A stretch of 64,000 bases of DNA from Paramecium tetraurelia (GCA_000165425.1 CT868518.1:312900-376899), one strand, 5' to 3'; positions 38,784 to 51,599 are shown, counted from the first letter of the stretch. Notes: generated from the letters alone by a model not told the origin. Numbers and translations are program-made.

Positions 38784-39627
38784 ATGCTCAATCGAACAGA
38801 TAAGAGTTCTCAATTCAGGAGAACAAATTAAAGCATGGAGGGTGCTTCAAAAAAAGAAATCATTTCAGATCAAAAATCCAGAAAGGAATTAGCAGTTCCT
38901 TAAGAGGATGAGAGGAAAATGTTAGGATCTAAGGAAAGTGAAAAGCGATCTCAACTGAAAATTGGGAGTCACCAATAATCAAGAAAGACTCTTAGAGGAC
39001 AGGATGACGAGGAGAAAGGGACTAAGGTTATAGGAGAAGGGAGATTGGATGAATATGGAGAAGAAGAGGAGGATACTGTTTGTCTAAGGTTTCCTCATCT
39101 ATCCTTTTGTCCTTACAACTATCAATCCCAATTGAAGGAGACTTTATTCGTTGAAATTTAACCTGGAATTTATCTATGCGGATTTGCCATGGGATTATGG
39201 ACTAAATACTTGTTATAAAAAGCAGTAACGAATGTATTGAACCTAACCTCCATGGAATACACTAAGAGAACTAAGTATTTTAGATATTTAAATATTGATG
39301 TTCACAATACTTCTGATGAGGATATTAAAAAACACTTTAGAATTAGTAATAGATTCATAAGAGAAGTAGAATATATCAATAATTATTATGTAGACTTTAC
39401 TATAAAAAGGCAAAGTGCTTATTCACTGTAGAGATGGACTTAATATTGGTCCATGCTTTATCTTAGCTTATTTGATAAATGAAATAAAAATGCCCTTGAA
39501 ATTAGGAATTGAGTTATTACAATCCTTTATTCCACTATTAGATATCGCTGTTCATTTCTATAAGCAGTTAGAGTAATACGATTTAGAGAAATTGGCTCTA
39601 TTATAAGTAAAAACCAAAGATTCATGA
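38784..39627 (+). CDS. Dual-specificity phosphatase fold, probable pseudophosphatase
   Basis: EIQPGIYLCG, VTNVLNLT, YLNIDVHN..DIKKHF, GKVLIHCRDGLNIGPCFILAYLI, FYKQLEQY; CX5R Arg replaced by Ile; one 28-nt intron. Confidence 0.85.
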
Positions 39628-39937
39628 TTTTTGAATTGATTCACAATCATAAAATATTATTTTATTGTATTTCACCTACTATTATTTAACATTTCTCAGC
39701 ATTAAATGATCTGAAACAATTCAAATAGATTATTATCATTTGAAATCCTATTATACTGAAGGATACTTTCTTTTGAATTTATTCTTTAGCTGCATCGTGA
39801 TTACATATTTGAAAGCATAAGGAATTTAGAATATATTCAATAAATTAAATCAAACAATACCATTATTTTGTATTTCAAATATTTTGTACATGAAACCTTG
39901 TCTTATATTTTATTCTTATTATTTATTGGTTTATAAA

Positions 39938-41269
39938 ATGTCTATGCGAATTGTATAATCTACAAAGAAGATTCTGGACATGTCTCATTCTAGTCAAACA
40001 GTCCTAAATAGCCAAAGGCCTCAGATGTCTTTGATGCCAAAGGAAAAGCTTGTTATAGGATTAAATTCAAAACAGGAGAAAAAAATAAATAAAATTGTTA
40101 TCAAATTGGAAGATCAGATAAACAAATCTATTGTTGATTAAGTCCATCTTGAGCAAAGTAAACTGTTACAGGAGGTTTAACATACAAAATAGGATCTATT
40201 GGAAACCAAAATTTCAATGGAGATTACTCACACTCATTTTGAACTCAAGGTGCCAAAGGTGATTGTACAACCACAAATACTTGAGATTCCAAAAATCGTT
40301 GTACCTTCTAAGATAAAAATTGAGGAAGAGGATAAATTAATGACTTATAATTAAACCAATTTGCTGAAGTAATAATTGATTTAGATTAAAAAATGCAATG
40401 AACCTATTCAATTACTGTTGCAAGAGAACAATAAACGAAAAAAATATTACTCAAGAGCTTAAAGAGAGAAGGAAGATGTTGTTCATTGGGGTTAACGGAA
40501 ATTACTGATAAGTGAGATTTGGTTTTTGACAAAGTATGGTTGTTTATCTAGGAATATTATCTATGCAGGAGCAGCCCCGGGATTTCACATCTAATTTCTA
40601 TCTGATTTATTTTAAAATCACAAATTTTATTTATTTGATCCAAACGACTTTTAAGTTAAATAGGGACCAAAGATAACTATATACTAACGTTGCTTCACTA
40701 ACGAAGAAGCCTAAAAATTTAGGGAATTGTTTTAGGTATGAATTAATTAACAAGAATGATTATCTATTCATTTCAGACATTCGAACTGCCAATTTTAAAT
40801 GCATGACCCCATTGGAAAATGAGTAAGCAGTACTAGGAGACAATCAATTACAAATGGAATGGGTCAAAATCCTCAAACCTTAAAAGGTATTTCAATTCAC
40901 TCTATATCCATCAAGGCCATGTTGAAATTCCGTTGTGCTTATCCAACTGAAATCAATGATCCAACTGAATTCTTTGAAGGGGAAATCTATATCCAAGCCT
41001 GGGCCCCAGCATCATCCACAGAAACCAGATTGGTACCTTACGATTATGTCAATACCATACCCTACGACAATGTCAAATATGAGGAGCAGATGTTCTATCA
41101 TAATGATGTTGTGAGAAAGAAGTAAAAGGGTTCGTTAAGTTGGGATGACAGAGCAGAAACTGAAGTGTTAATTGAGTATTTACGCAATTCAGGAATCAAT
41201 GAAAATCAAATAATTAAATAAGTGAATCTAATCAAAGATCTAATAACAAAAAAGTTGAATTATTAATGA
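39938..41269 (+). CDS. VP39-like cap-specific mRNA (nucleoside-2'-O)-methyltransferase (poxvirus poly(A) polymerase regulatory subunit family)
   Basis: VHWGQRKLLISEIWFLT, IIYAGAAPGFHI, YLFDP, LFISDIR, AMLKFR, QAWAPASSTETRL, YEEQMFYHN; introns 40736-40754 and 40887-40915; ~160-aa low-complexity N-extension. Confidence 0.88.
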
Positions 41270-41414
41270 AATGTTGCATCTGTATAAATTATTTTATTTT
41301 GATTAATCAACAATAATATATAGTATTAAATAATATTATAGACTGTTCTATAATTGAGTTATAGAATATCCCTATTTAAAAATCCCAATCTCCAAGCTCA
41401 TCCTATATATATTA

Positions 41415-42173
41415 ATGAAACATTTACTCATATCCTTCTTATTAATTACCATTGCCTTTAGCAGTTTGAGAGGCTCAGACAGAATGAACAAACATCAAGA
41501 GGAAGATTCAAGTAGTTATTCTGGATCTTCAAGCGAATCATCATCATATGATTATTCTGATGCACCATCATATGATCAAAGCTATTCAGGAGAATCAGAT
41601 GAAGAGTACTCTTCCTACAGTTCTTCCGAAGATTCGGATTCAGATTCATATTCCGATTTTTCTTATTCTTCATCAAGTTCAGATGATTCAGAAGGTTCAG
41701 ATGAAGATTAACAGAAATCCCATAGGCCAAGACCTGATGATCATAGACCAAAACCAGATGAATTTACTAGATCAGTGTTTAAGACTCTGAGATAAATTGA
41801 AAAAGGAATTCTTGAAGATTGGAGATAAACCGAAGATCCAGTTTTACAAAATGAAATCAGAGCTCTTTTAATATAAAATTTAGAAAATCTCCTCCCAGTT
41901 GCTGAAACTCCAGTGGAACCAACTGAGATTTAACCTGTCGCTAGTAGAATAGCTGAAGAAAAGGATGAACATCATCCAAGACCACCACATCCCAGACCTC
42001 CTCAACCACCCCAACCAGAGGATGAATTCGTTAACAAAGTAATCGAAACTCTTCACCAAATTGAATAAGTGATTTTGGAATAATGGAATGTTGAACAAGA
42101 TGTGGAAGCAAAGAACCAATTAAGACAGAACATCCTAGAACAATTAGGAGCCCTTATTCCTTTGAATGAATGA
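41415..42173 (+). CDS. Secreted 252-aa protein: Ser/Asp/Tyr-rich acidic tract plus a duplicated ~50-aa helical domain
   Basis: Signal peptide MKHLLISFLLITIAFS; SSSYSGSSSESSSYDYSD... tract; two DEF..TL.QIE..ILE.W..LLP/LIP repeats; single exon. Confidence 0.88.
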
Positions 42174-42226
42174 TTCTGTAATCACATAATTTATTAAAAA
42201 TTCTTTCATATTATGAATACAATTAA

Positions 42227-43528
42227 TCAAAAACTGATATCTGACTTATCGTCTTCTTCTCTAAAGTAAAAGTTTTACTCAAAAGAATTAATTTAATTCT
42301 TTCTGGGTTTTTATTTGAATTCGAATTTATTTTCTTATATAGACTTAATTGGCAATGGATTGGTTTCTGCAACTGATTGCTAATCTAATGACTTTGTATT
42401 GACTGACGTAGTTCTACTAGGTTTGACTACATCTATGTTTATTGATAGATTCTTCTAATTGATTCTTGGATTCTAGCGAGATTGTTCATTTAAGGCAGTT
42501 TAATTTTAGACGTTATTTTGAGTATAAAAAGATTTTGTAGTTGAAATATTCTTGATTACTTGTCCGTGTTTATGAGTCACTTTAGATTTGATTAATTATG
42601 AAGCTAATTGATATTAATTTAGTTTAGAATTCTTAATCTATTTTTAGGATGCATAAATGAGATTTGATTTCAAGGCCAACTTAACTTTGCTATGATGTCT
42701 ACTAAAAACAAATTATTATTGTGTCTGCTTGTTTGGGGATTTTGGAATTTAATCGTCATGCTGATTTATTTTCTTGATTACTCTGTGCTTGTCATGATTG
42801 GATGAGGGTTGAGAATGCAGTTTAACAAATTGTCTATCTTGTAGTTTTGGCAGGTTAGCCAGTTGATCAAATGCAGGACGAATGTCATGATCTGGTCGAA
42901 GTAAGATCTTAATAAAATTAATATTGTCTTCGCTAATATTATTCTATCTACAATTATATTCAATGTGGAAATTGATTTGTTATTGATTGGATTTAATAAG
43001 AAAACTTGGGTCCTTTGTTCCAGTTGTCATACAATATAGCAAACTGCCAAACATCCAAGTTTTGATCAACTAATTTTGTTGATAATTGTTGTTATATAAT
43101 TGTTGGTATTTAATTTAGTGAAGGTAATATTTTAATCCATAATCAGTGATAAAAACTGTGTTTTGATTGATGTAAAGGTAGTCAGGATTGAAATCATAAA
43201 ATCCTAAAATATCTAACGAATAGAGATCATACAATTGTTTCAGATATGCGTTGAATTGATCATTTGTAATCTTAGAGGGCATTTTAATCCAAGCATTGCT
43301 GTTCGAATAAGAAATGATTAGATTGTTGTCATCTTCGAATGCATCCTTTATGTAGGGATAACATTGAATTTTCTTGGATATGCTTTCATACATCTTAGAA
43401 TCCAATTCAGACTTAGGGAAGATATTGATGTAGTGGGATTGTTTACTTTAATCGAATCCTCGGTATAACTATTAGTAAGAATAATCCAAAGAGATGGGTA
43501 GTTCAATTTAATAATTAGCGATTTACAT
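42227..43528 (-). CDS. Pseudokinase, 433 aa, single exon
   Basis: GFYDFNPDYLYINQNTVFITDYGL (subdomains VIb-VII), IKTWMFGSLLYCMTTG (IX), KILLRPDHDIRPAF (XI); no Gly loop, VAIK Lys or APE; open from ATG 43528 to TGA 42229-42227. Confidence 0.8.
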
Positions 43529-43540
43529 AAATAATTAATT
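43529..43540. promoter_or_regulatory. 12-nt divergent spacer between two start codons
   Basis: CAT-AAATAATTAATT-ATG; ATAATTAATTAT (43531-43542) is a perfect palindrome. Confidence 0.6.
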
Positions 43541-45629
43541 ATGATTTTTATTTTACTTGTACAAATTACTTAGTCTTTAAGCATCCATGAATTTTTGGAA
43601 CTCACTCCTTTTTAAATTCAGAAATTGAAGACAGAAACCCTCCAAGACTACTTTATTTCAGGTTCAATACAAGGATATTTGGGATTGACAGAGTATTCTC
43701 AATTAATTGACAAATTGGCCAATTCATTTCCGAATCAAGTGTCATTGCGATCCTTTGGCAATACTTACTAAGGAACCCAAATAAAGACAATCCAAATTTC
43801 AACAACTAAATCTCCCAAGTATTCAATAGCAATCATTGGCATGTTGGGGGGCTGTACTGATTTAATCTCAGTAAACTATCTCCTGTATCAATTATATTTC
43901 ATAACCATCCAATTGTCCAACAAGAATCCCTTTATGATGACTCTACTTTCAGACAAACAATTGTTGATTACTCCATTAATAAATGCAGATGGACTGCAAT
44001 ATATAACAACTTAATATATCCAAACTTAAACTATGCCCCTCATATTTAAAAACAGAAATCCTTCCAATTCCAACAAATGTTCATAGAATGAAATAGGTGT
44101 TGATCTTTCAAGGAATTTTCAATACAAATTTGGAATCAATGAGATTGGGTCATCCTCAAACTAATGCAGTCAAATCTATAGAGGTAGAAACGCCTTTTCT
44201 GAACCAGAAACGTTGGCTATTGATAAACTAGTTTAATAGATTAGACCAAACATCTTAATTGTGATAGGTGGTGATTTGGATAAGTTAGTCATTCCAGATT
44301 CTAATTCATCGACTTATTAATAATTGCTTTATTAAGTTTCAAAAGAATACAATTTGAAAATGGGAGATCATTAAACATTGTATCAAGTGGAAATTAATGG
44401 CGATTTGTGTTAAAATTACATTTATCAAATCAACAACATATGCTACACCATTAATATTGGATAATATGCATTAAATTAGACTATCCTTAACTTCTAAAAT
44501 CTATTATTTGATGTGTTGTCACATTACAGTCCTTCACTACAGTAAACGATATTTATATATATCTAGAATATAATTCTAATAGAAATTTAATTGTTAAAAT
44601 GGTAAAATGCTGTGTAATCAACTTGAGTCTAATGAAAAGGGCTGTGTGATCATCATATCAGTATAGAATGTAGGTTATAATCAATTTAATGACAACATAG
44701 TGATGGACATAACTTTGAATTAAGGTGGTGAAAAACTATATCAGATAGATTCTTATGTAATTGCTCAAAGCATCAAAAATACAAGTGATTCAAGTTTAAA
44801 GAATGGAATCTAGATTGATGAGACATCCACAGACAGGGTTTATAGATATCAAATAGTGAATAACAGAAGATTAAATCAAAACCAAACCATTTATTTTGTC
44901 TTCTTGCTAACTCAATTTGGATTCTCTTACAATTATATTAACACTGTTGAATCCATCGATTTAACATTCTCACTTGAAAATACTTTACTGAATTCCCTAG
45001 TGTATTAAACATTGACACCTTCAGATTTGGCTGCTAAAAACTCAAAAGAGCAACTATAAAGGATATTTCCAAATAGACCTGAATCTTATGTTTTACTCAT
45101 TTGTTTTGCAGCCATTTCAGTCGTGTTCTTGTTCTCATGGATTATTAGAAAAATGTACATCTGGATTTATGATCCCCATCAGTTTGTTGAAGAAAATAAA
45201 TCTAAACTTGAAGGATCATCCGATGATAAGAATTTAGAACAATACAAATCACATAATCTAGTAGAGAGCAGACTAACTACTCAAGTTAAACTATAGTAAG
45301 TTGCACCAATTAAATCACTGCATTATAATGAATCACTTGATTAAGGGTAACCAGAATATAAAGGAATCAATGGCAGTTAATTATTGCCTCATCTAAACCC
45401 CATCGAAATTGAGAACAGAGTACATAAGGCTTTAGAGATAGTTAAATCATAGGATGATTTGGATAAATAAGAATAATACTTAGAAATGGGTTAGAATATG
45501 CATTAGAATCAATATTATAATATTTAATAATAGAATCAACATCAAATGGAGGAGGAACTACTAGTAAATACACCAAATATTTAACAATATGGCTAAAATG
45601 AAGATCAATTAGTTAAATTTGAGGATTGA
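43541..45629 (+). CDS. Type-I membrane M14 carboxypeptidase homologue lacking Zn ligands
   Basis: Signal peptide MIFILLVQITQS; PLINADG, FKNR, GVDLSRNF, CSQIYRGRNAFSEPET; TM VLLICFAAISVVFLFSWII; Gln-rich cytoplasmic tail; two short introns. Confidence 0.85.
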
Positions 45630-45673
45630 CATTATATCTATATATTATTAATTAAATTTAATCACTCTTCTGA

Positions 45674-47103
45674 TCAATTTTAATTCTCCTTGATGTTTTT
45701 TAAAATGGATGGATACAATTTAACATGAGCATCAACTGCCCACACATAATCTAAATGAGCATAATCATCGATGAACTCTACTTTCATATGAGTTTAATCC
45801 AACTTATTTAACATCTTACCCAAATCATCTGTGTCTGTAATTATATCCTTTGTTCCCAAATAAAAGTACTTAGGAATTGTAAAGTTCTTCAAATTGTCCA
45901 CTGGATATGGAGGAGGATCCCTCTATCCATACAAAGCCAAATTTTAACTAGCCCCATAGTCAAAGTATTACAATTATTTTGATCTAAAGAATTGCATCCT
46001 AGAATAATATATTAATAATATCCTTACCATTATACGATATTTTTAGATGCTGAACCTCCTGGCTCATGAGCAACCATATTACCAAAACGATTCAAATCGA
46101 TTTTATTTTTCTAAGGAAAACCGCACAATTAATTGGTAACCTCAAAGAAGAAGCTTCTGAATATCGAAGGAATCATATAGCAAAGAGCTCCGATTTTAAT
46201 GTTAAACCCGTCATCAAAAACAAAGAAATAGGGGATTCCCAAATAATAGATCAATTCAAATATGTACAACTTAATAGCCCATTACAAGAAGGCCGATCGC
46301 TATAAATAGATAACAAAACAATACTAAATTAGAAATGAACATGGCTGGACCAAGCCCGATAAAGCATTTAAGATGGTTTTGGAATTCAATGTTATTTGAG
46401 AGGTAAGCAAATGCTTGGGTAGTTCCTTGGGAGTGGCCTAGATATATGACTTTTGCTCTTTGAGTGACATTCTTCACATACAACACTATGGCCTTGAAGT
46501 CGTATTTGGCTAAGTCGTCAAAGGAACAATCCCAATATTGTTGATTGTAGTCTACACTTTAGAATTTTGTATGTCCAATACAATATTTATTACCCCTATT
46601 ATTTGCAAGCCATACGTCATAGCCTTGTTCGGCCAAGATGTATGGCAAGGTTAACTTTTTATCGTTGTTGATGAGCCAAGACCATGAACTATCCAATAAT
46701 CCGTGTTGCAAAATGATGGGATGAGGGTGTGGATGAGTTACATCTTTGTAGATTCTCCATATTGTCAGAATATATCCATCTTCCGTAATTATTTTGTGGC
46801 TTTCAAAGTTATAACCCTAATCTGATATGATATCAGCTATAAATATTATATTTTCAAATATTTACTTGCTTATGTATAGACTCCTAAATAGGGTTTGTGT
46901 TTGTTGAGTATTTTGCGAAGCTTGTGCAAAAATGTTTGATTTCTTGATTCACATTCTTTGACAAATAATGAAAGGACATAATCTGTTAAATGGATTGCTA
47001 TGTAGGCTGAATAGTAAGTCAATGATAACCCGACATTCGCTATGGGTTTGATGACCCAGATGAAAAAGTAAAATGTGATTGTTTGAATTATTTAAAAATT
47101 CAT
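45674..47103 (-). CDS. Acid lipase (lysosomal/gastric lipase-like alpha/beta hydrolase)
   Basis: HKIITEDGYILTIWRI, LQHGLLDSSWSW, GYDVWLANNRGN, GHSQG nucleophile, FDYG..NLALYG..PPPY, YAHLDYVW. Confidence 0.95.
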
Positions 47104-47148
47104 AACAAAGAAGAATTATTATGATAATTGTGTTTGATTTATAATTAA

Positions 47149-48210
47149 TCAAATTTGCCATTCTTCCAATCCTGCAGCTCTCTTTTGACTATCCATGACT
47201 CCATTGACTAAGGTGCATGTTAACCAAGCTGTTAAGAACATTTTGCCATAGTAGGGGACAGCACCTGCATAAAATCCATGGATTCTTTCATAGAAGAAGA
47301 TTTGCTTGAAGACATCCAAATAGTTTTAGTAATTTAATCTACAATTTATTGTAACATTTAGACTTACCTATTTTTAGAGGGATCTGGGAATGCCTTAAGA
47401 ACTCTGGTTTGGACATTATCTAATGGTAGGGTGAAAAGAGTTGCCCAAAATGAAGCCCAAGTTAATGCAAGGAAGTGGTTGAATCCAAAATCTCCGAAAA
47501 CCAACCAAATTTTTTCCTTCATGTAATCATATGGTCCAGTTAAGGATACGTTCAAGGCTGCCAATTTGACCACATGAGCAAAGGCTCCTCTGAACAATGC
47601 TCTGCTTCCTCCTATTGAATTATTTGAATAATTTTACCTTCTTCAACTTAGATTCTATTAATGGCATCGAATGCGGATTTGTAATTTCTTCTGATTGGTT
47701 GGGGGAGACCACCGTCAGCAATCATTCTGACTTGAGCTAATTCGAATGGAGATGTAACAAAAGCAGCAAATGCTCCAACAGATCCAGAAAGAACAGCCTT
47801 TTCTCTGAGTGTCAAATCGTTGAATGGTTTGACTGGCTTAACTTAATCGTATATTGCTTTATATCTAAAAGTTAAAATATGTGATACAAAAAGTTTCTGA
47901 TAAAGAGATAGCCCCAATCTACTGTATATTGCTGCGTCAAATCCATAATAAAAATGAGCCAAACCACCTCCAGTTTCATGAATCTCTCTGAATATTCTCC
48001 ATGGATTCACTCCCAATTCATTTTTCAATTATCTCAAACCAATTCCTTCGGTTCTAACTTAGATTCTAGTTTTAACAAATTCTGAATGTTAATTATATAG
48101 CTGTTACCCAATGGTTAAGTAAGGAATGTGGCAACTGCACCTACTGGCACTGAAAGACCAACTACTTCTGTAAGAGATGGCTCCCAATATCTCTTGTATG
48201 ATCCAAGCAT
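47149..48210 (-). CDS. Mitochondrial carrier, 2-oxoglutarate/malate (dicarboxylate) carrier-like
   Basis: Three carrier signatures PLEFVKTRIQ, PFELAQVRM, PLDNVQTRV; MIADGGLPQPIRRNYKSAFDA; four short introns. Confidence 0.92.
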
Positions 48211-48381
48211 TTTATTTAATTAATTAAAGATATTTAAATTTGATATAAAACAAAAATTTATCTTCCTCCCTTTTATTATATTACCTTCATACACTCCCCA
48301 TACTCTCTTCCTCATCCATATTGCCTACTAAAACAATTAAATAAAAATCAATATAAAATTTAATCATTTATCGTTTTTTTA

Positions 48382-49698
48382 ATGAAACAAAGTGTAATTT
48401 GGTTGTGTTTTATTGCTCTATACTTCTCAAATGCCGTAAACATGTAAGCTAATATATCAATAGAATAGATTGGAAGAATAAGCACCCTTGTAACCTGAAT
48501 AATAAAAACACAAGGTTCATCATATCAAACTCAAAGAAAAAGTTGTGAATGTGAAAGACTCCCAAGATTTCTACAAATTTGTGGCTCTGAATCAGAAGAG
48601 ACTCTTTGAGAATTAATTCATTTAGAAATCCTCTGCCTCTGAAAACTTGAGATTGCACAATTTCAAAAACATCCAATACACAGCAGACTTAGAAATTGGT
48701 TAATCTGGCAATGTCTTTAAAGTGGTCTTAGACACAGGCAGTGCCAATCTGTGGATTGATTCAAACAGATGCTCAGAACCAGGTTGTTTGAAACATAAAC
48801 AATACAAACATGAAGAGAGTCATTCGTTTTTGCCATTGAATTAAGAATTGACAGTAGAATTTGGTAGTGGAGATCTAAAAGGAATAGTTAATTCTGATAC
48901 CATCTATTTTGGGGACATCACCTTACCCAGACAAAACTTGGCTGAAATCACAAGCGAAAATGGAATCATATTCAAAAGTCTTGATTTTGATGGCATTCTT
49001 GGTTTGGCCTATCCACAAATGGCTCCCAACAACTTCAACCCTGTCTTTGACAACATGATGTAACAACGTGCTCTTGAAAAAAATCAATTTGCCTTCTATT
49101 TTGCCAAAGACCCAAATGATATAACACACAGTGAATTTACTTTGGGAGGATATAATCAAGCTCACGTTGATGGAGAGATTAATTATCATAATGTTATTGA
49201 TAAATATTATTGGATGATCAAAGCTGACAGTATTTTAGTAGGAGGTCAAGACATCGGATTATGTGATGATGGGTCTTGCAAATTGATTGTCGACACTGGA
49301 ACATCCATCATGAGTGGACCCATGGATGATGTAGGCACTTTATTAAGAAATTTGAACGTCAAAGATCATTGTTCAGAAATCAAATCACTTCCAACCATTA
49401 CTTTCAAGATAGACGGAATTGATTACACCTTAGAACCAGAAGAGTATGTCAAACCCACCACGAAAGATAGTTCTGCATTTGCTGAAATGAATAGTTCAGA
49501 AGATTGTAAATGATATAACTCTATGTAGAATCTATGGTTGAAGTCAACAGTTGGGATTGTATTGCTTCCTTCATTCCCTTGGATATCCAAGAGCCTCAAG
49601 GACCTGCTTGGATCCTCGGAGATGTCTTCTTGAGAAAATATTATAGCATCTATGATAGAGATAATGATAGAGTAGGCTTTGCCAAATCTAAATAATGA
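48382..49698 (+). CDS. Pepsin/cathepsin D-like aspartic protease (A1)
   Basis: Signal peptide; [53 protein letters not shown]; two short introns. Confidence 0.96.
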
Positions 49699-49776
49699 TC
49701 GATCACCCATTATGTAACTAAAATATTTAATATACTTATATTATATTTTATTTTATTGATAATTTGTTGTCTGTTA

Positions 49777-51599
49777 ATGTCGCAATTAACTCCCTAAACA
49801 CTTAGCAGGTTGTGTGAATACTTTTTGTATTTAGCCAAGTTAGAGTCAGAAATCGAAATTATTCGAAATGTTCTCTGTGAACATGTTCGTTTCCATCCAT
49901 TTTTCATTTTTAAATACATCGATGGAATATCCATTAATCCAAAAGGCCAATTGAGTCCTGCCGATCTTCTCTAATTTCTAGATGACAATGGTTTTGTGCA
50001 CAACTTGGAAGAATGTATATAATTCATAGACTTATACGATGAGGATTCTAAAGGATTTCTCCTCTATTCACAGTAAACTATTTAATATTATCAATCCTAG
50101 ATTCCTAAGAATTTGCTTACCACAAAACAATGTTGCTTTAAGATAAAAGATAGCTCTTTAAAATGTTGACGTTCCTCATTATGACCAAAAGATTTCATAC
50201 ACCCTATCAAAACTTATAAACTACGAAATAAAATCCATGGAAACTACTTCGACATTCGTTTAACAACTCTAAAACTGTTCAGATTACAGTCCAACAGCAT
50301 GTTTTGAATTCATGAACCCCTCAAACTCTCAAGGCTTAATTGCCTCTCATTTTAAGGATCTCTTCTAAAAGTCAGCCATCATTATATATCCTCATGAACT
50401 TCAATCTTTATTCAAGAGATTCGATCTCCTGAACGATGGAATTATCGATATATCTGAATTTATAAAGCACTTTAAGAGTAGAGTTCTCAATCCAAAAGAT
50501 TACAAAACTCCTATTAAAGATAAATCATATCTACAACACTTTAAAGACAAAAGCTAATAGAAATAAGCATAATCCCAATAATCAAATAGATCAAAAAAAG
50601 CATAAACTACTCCTATCAAAAAATTAAATTCTATTTTGAAATAAACAGGATAATCACCAAAAAAGGAATTTGATAATTAAAGGTCTGTTAGTTTTGTTGA
50701 AACTTCCAAGTCATCCAAAACTTAGAATTTAAATTCAAGTTACATATTCAAAACTCCCAATCAATAACATAACCAAAAATATATCAATCAAAAAACAGAA
50801 CTTAGAGCCTAAATGTAGTTATTCAAAGTCTAGAAACAATAACAAGGATTAAATAATTCCACAATTAAGAAACCTACCTAAAATTCTACCCAAAAAAAAG
50901 TAATTAAGAATTCTCCCAAGAAAAATAACTAATTCTTTAATCCTTCCAAATTTCTAAAAGACACTCTAATTTCATTACTGAACTTTGAAAAAGAAATTGA
51001 AAGGATTAAACTCAATTTATAAGCACATCCAGATTTCTCTCTCTGCAATACTTTCAGAGCCCTAGACAAAAAGAAAATGGGATTCTTAGTCACTGAAGAT
51101 CTAGAATAATTCATTAATAAATAAAGCCTTTCGATTATACTAAAGAAAGCATCTCCTGATGGCAGAATTAAATTTAACTAATTCATTTAATTGGTATCTC
51201 CATTGTCCATATATCATTAAGAGCAGTAACTTATCAGAGAGCAGAGTCAACATCAAAGTAACATCATTTAAGGAAGAATAAAACAATTGCTCTCTCTCTT
51301 ATTTGAAAAACTATACCAAAGAGAACTCTTATTCGATTAGGTCAATCAAGAAATAAAGCAAAATTAATAATGTGACATCAAATACTTATTTATGATGATT
51401 GATGAAGATTCATGTGATAATGAAATCAGCTTAAAAGATGTATCTATATACATACTACTTTTTTTAGCTTGATTCCTTTTTGTACAAGTAATAAGTGTAA
51501 CCAGAATTAGAAGACTTGGAATTATTATTCAATAGACTGGATACTGATAGAGATGGAAAGATATCATTTCCAGATTTTATCAACATTTTTTCCTTTTGA
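49777..51599 (+). CDS. Multi-EF-hand calcium-binding protein
   Basis: YDEDSKGFLLYSQF, FDLLNDGIIDISEF, LDKKKMGFLVTEDL, LDTDRDGKISFPDF; two short introns. Confidence 0.85.
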
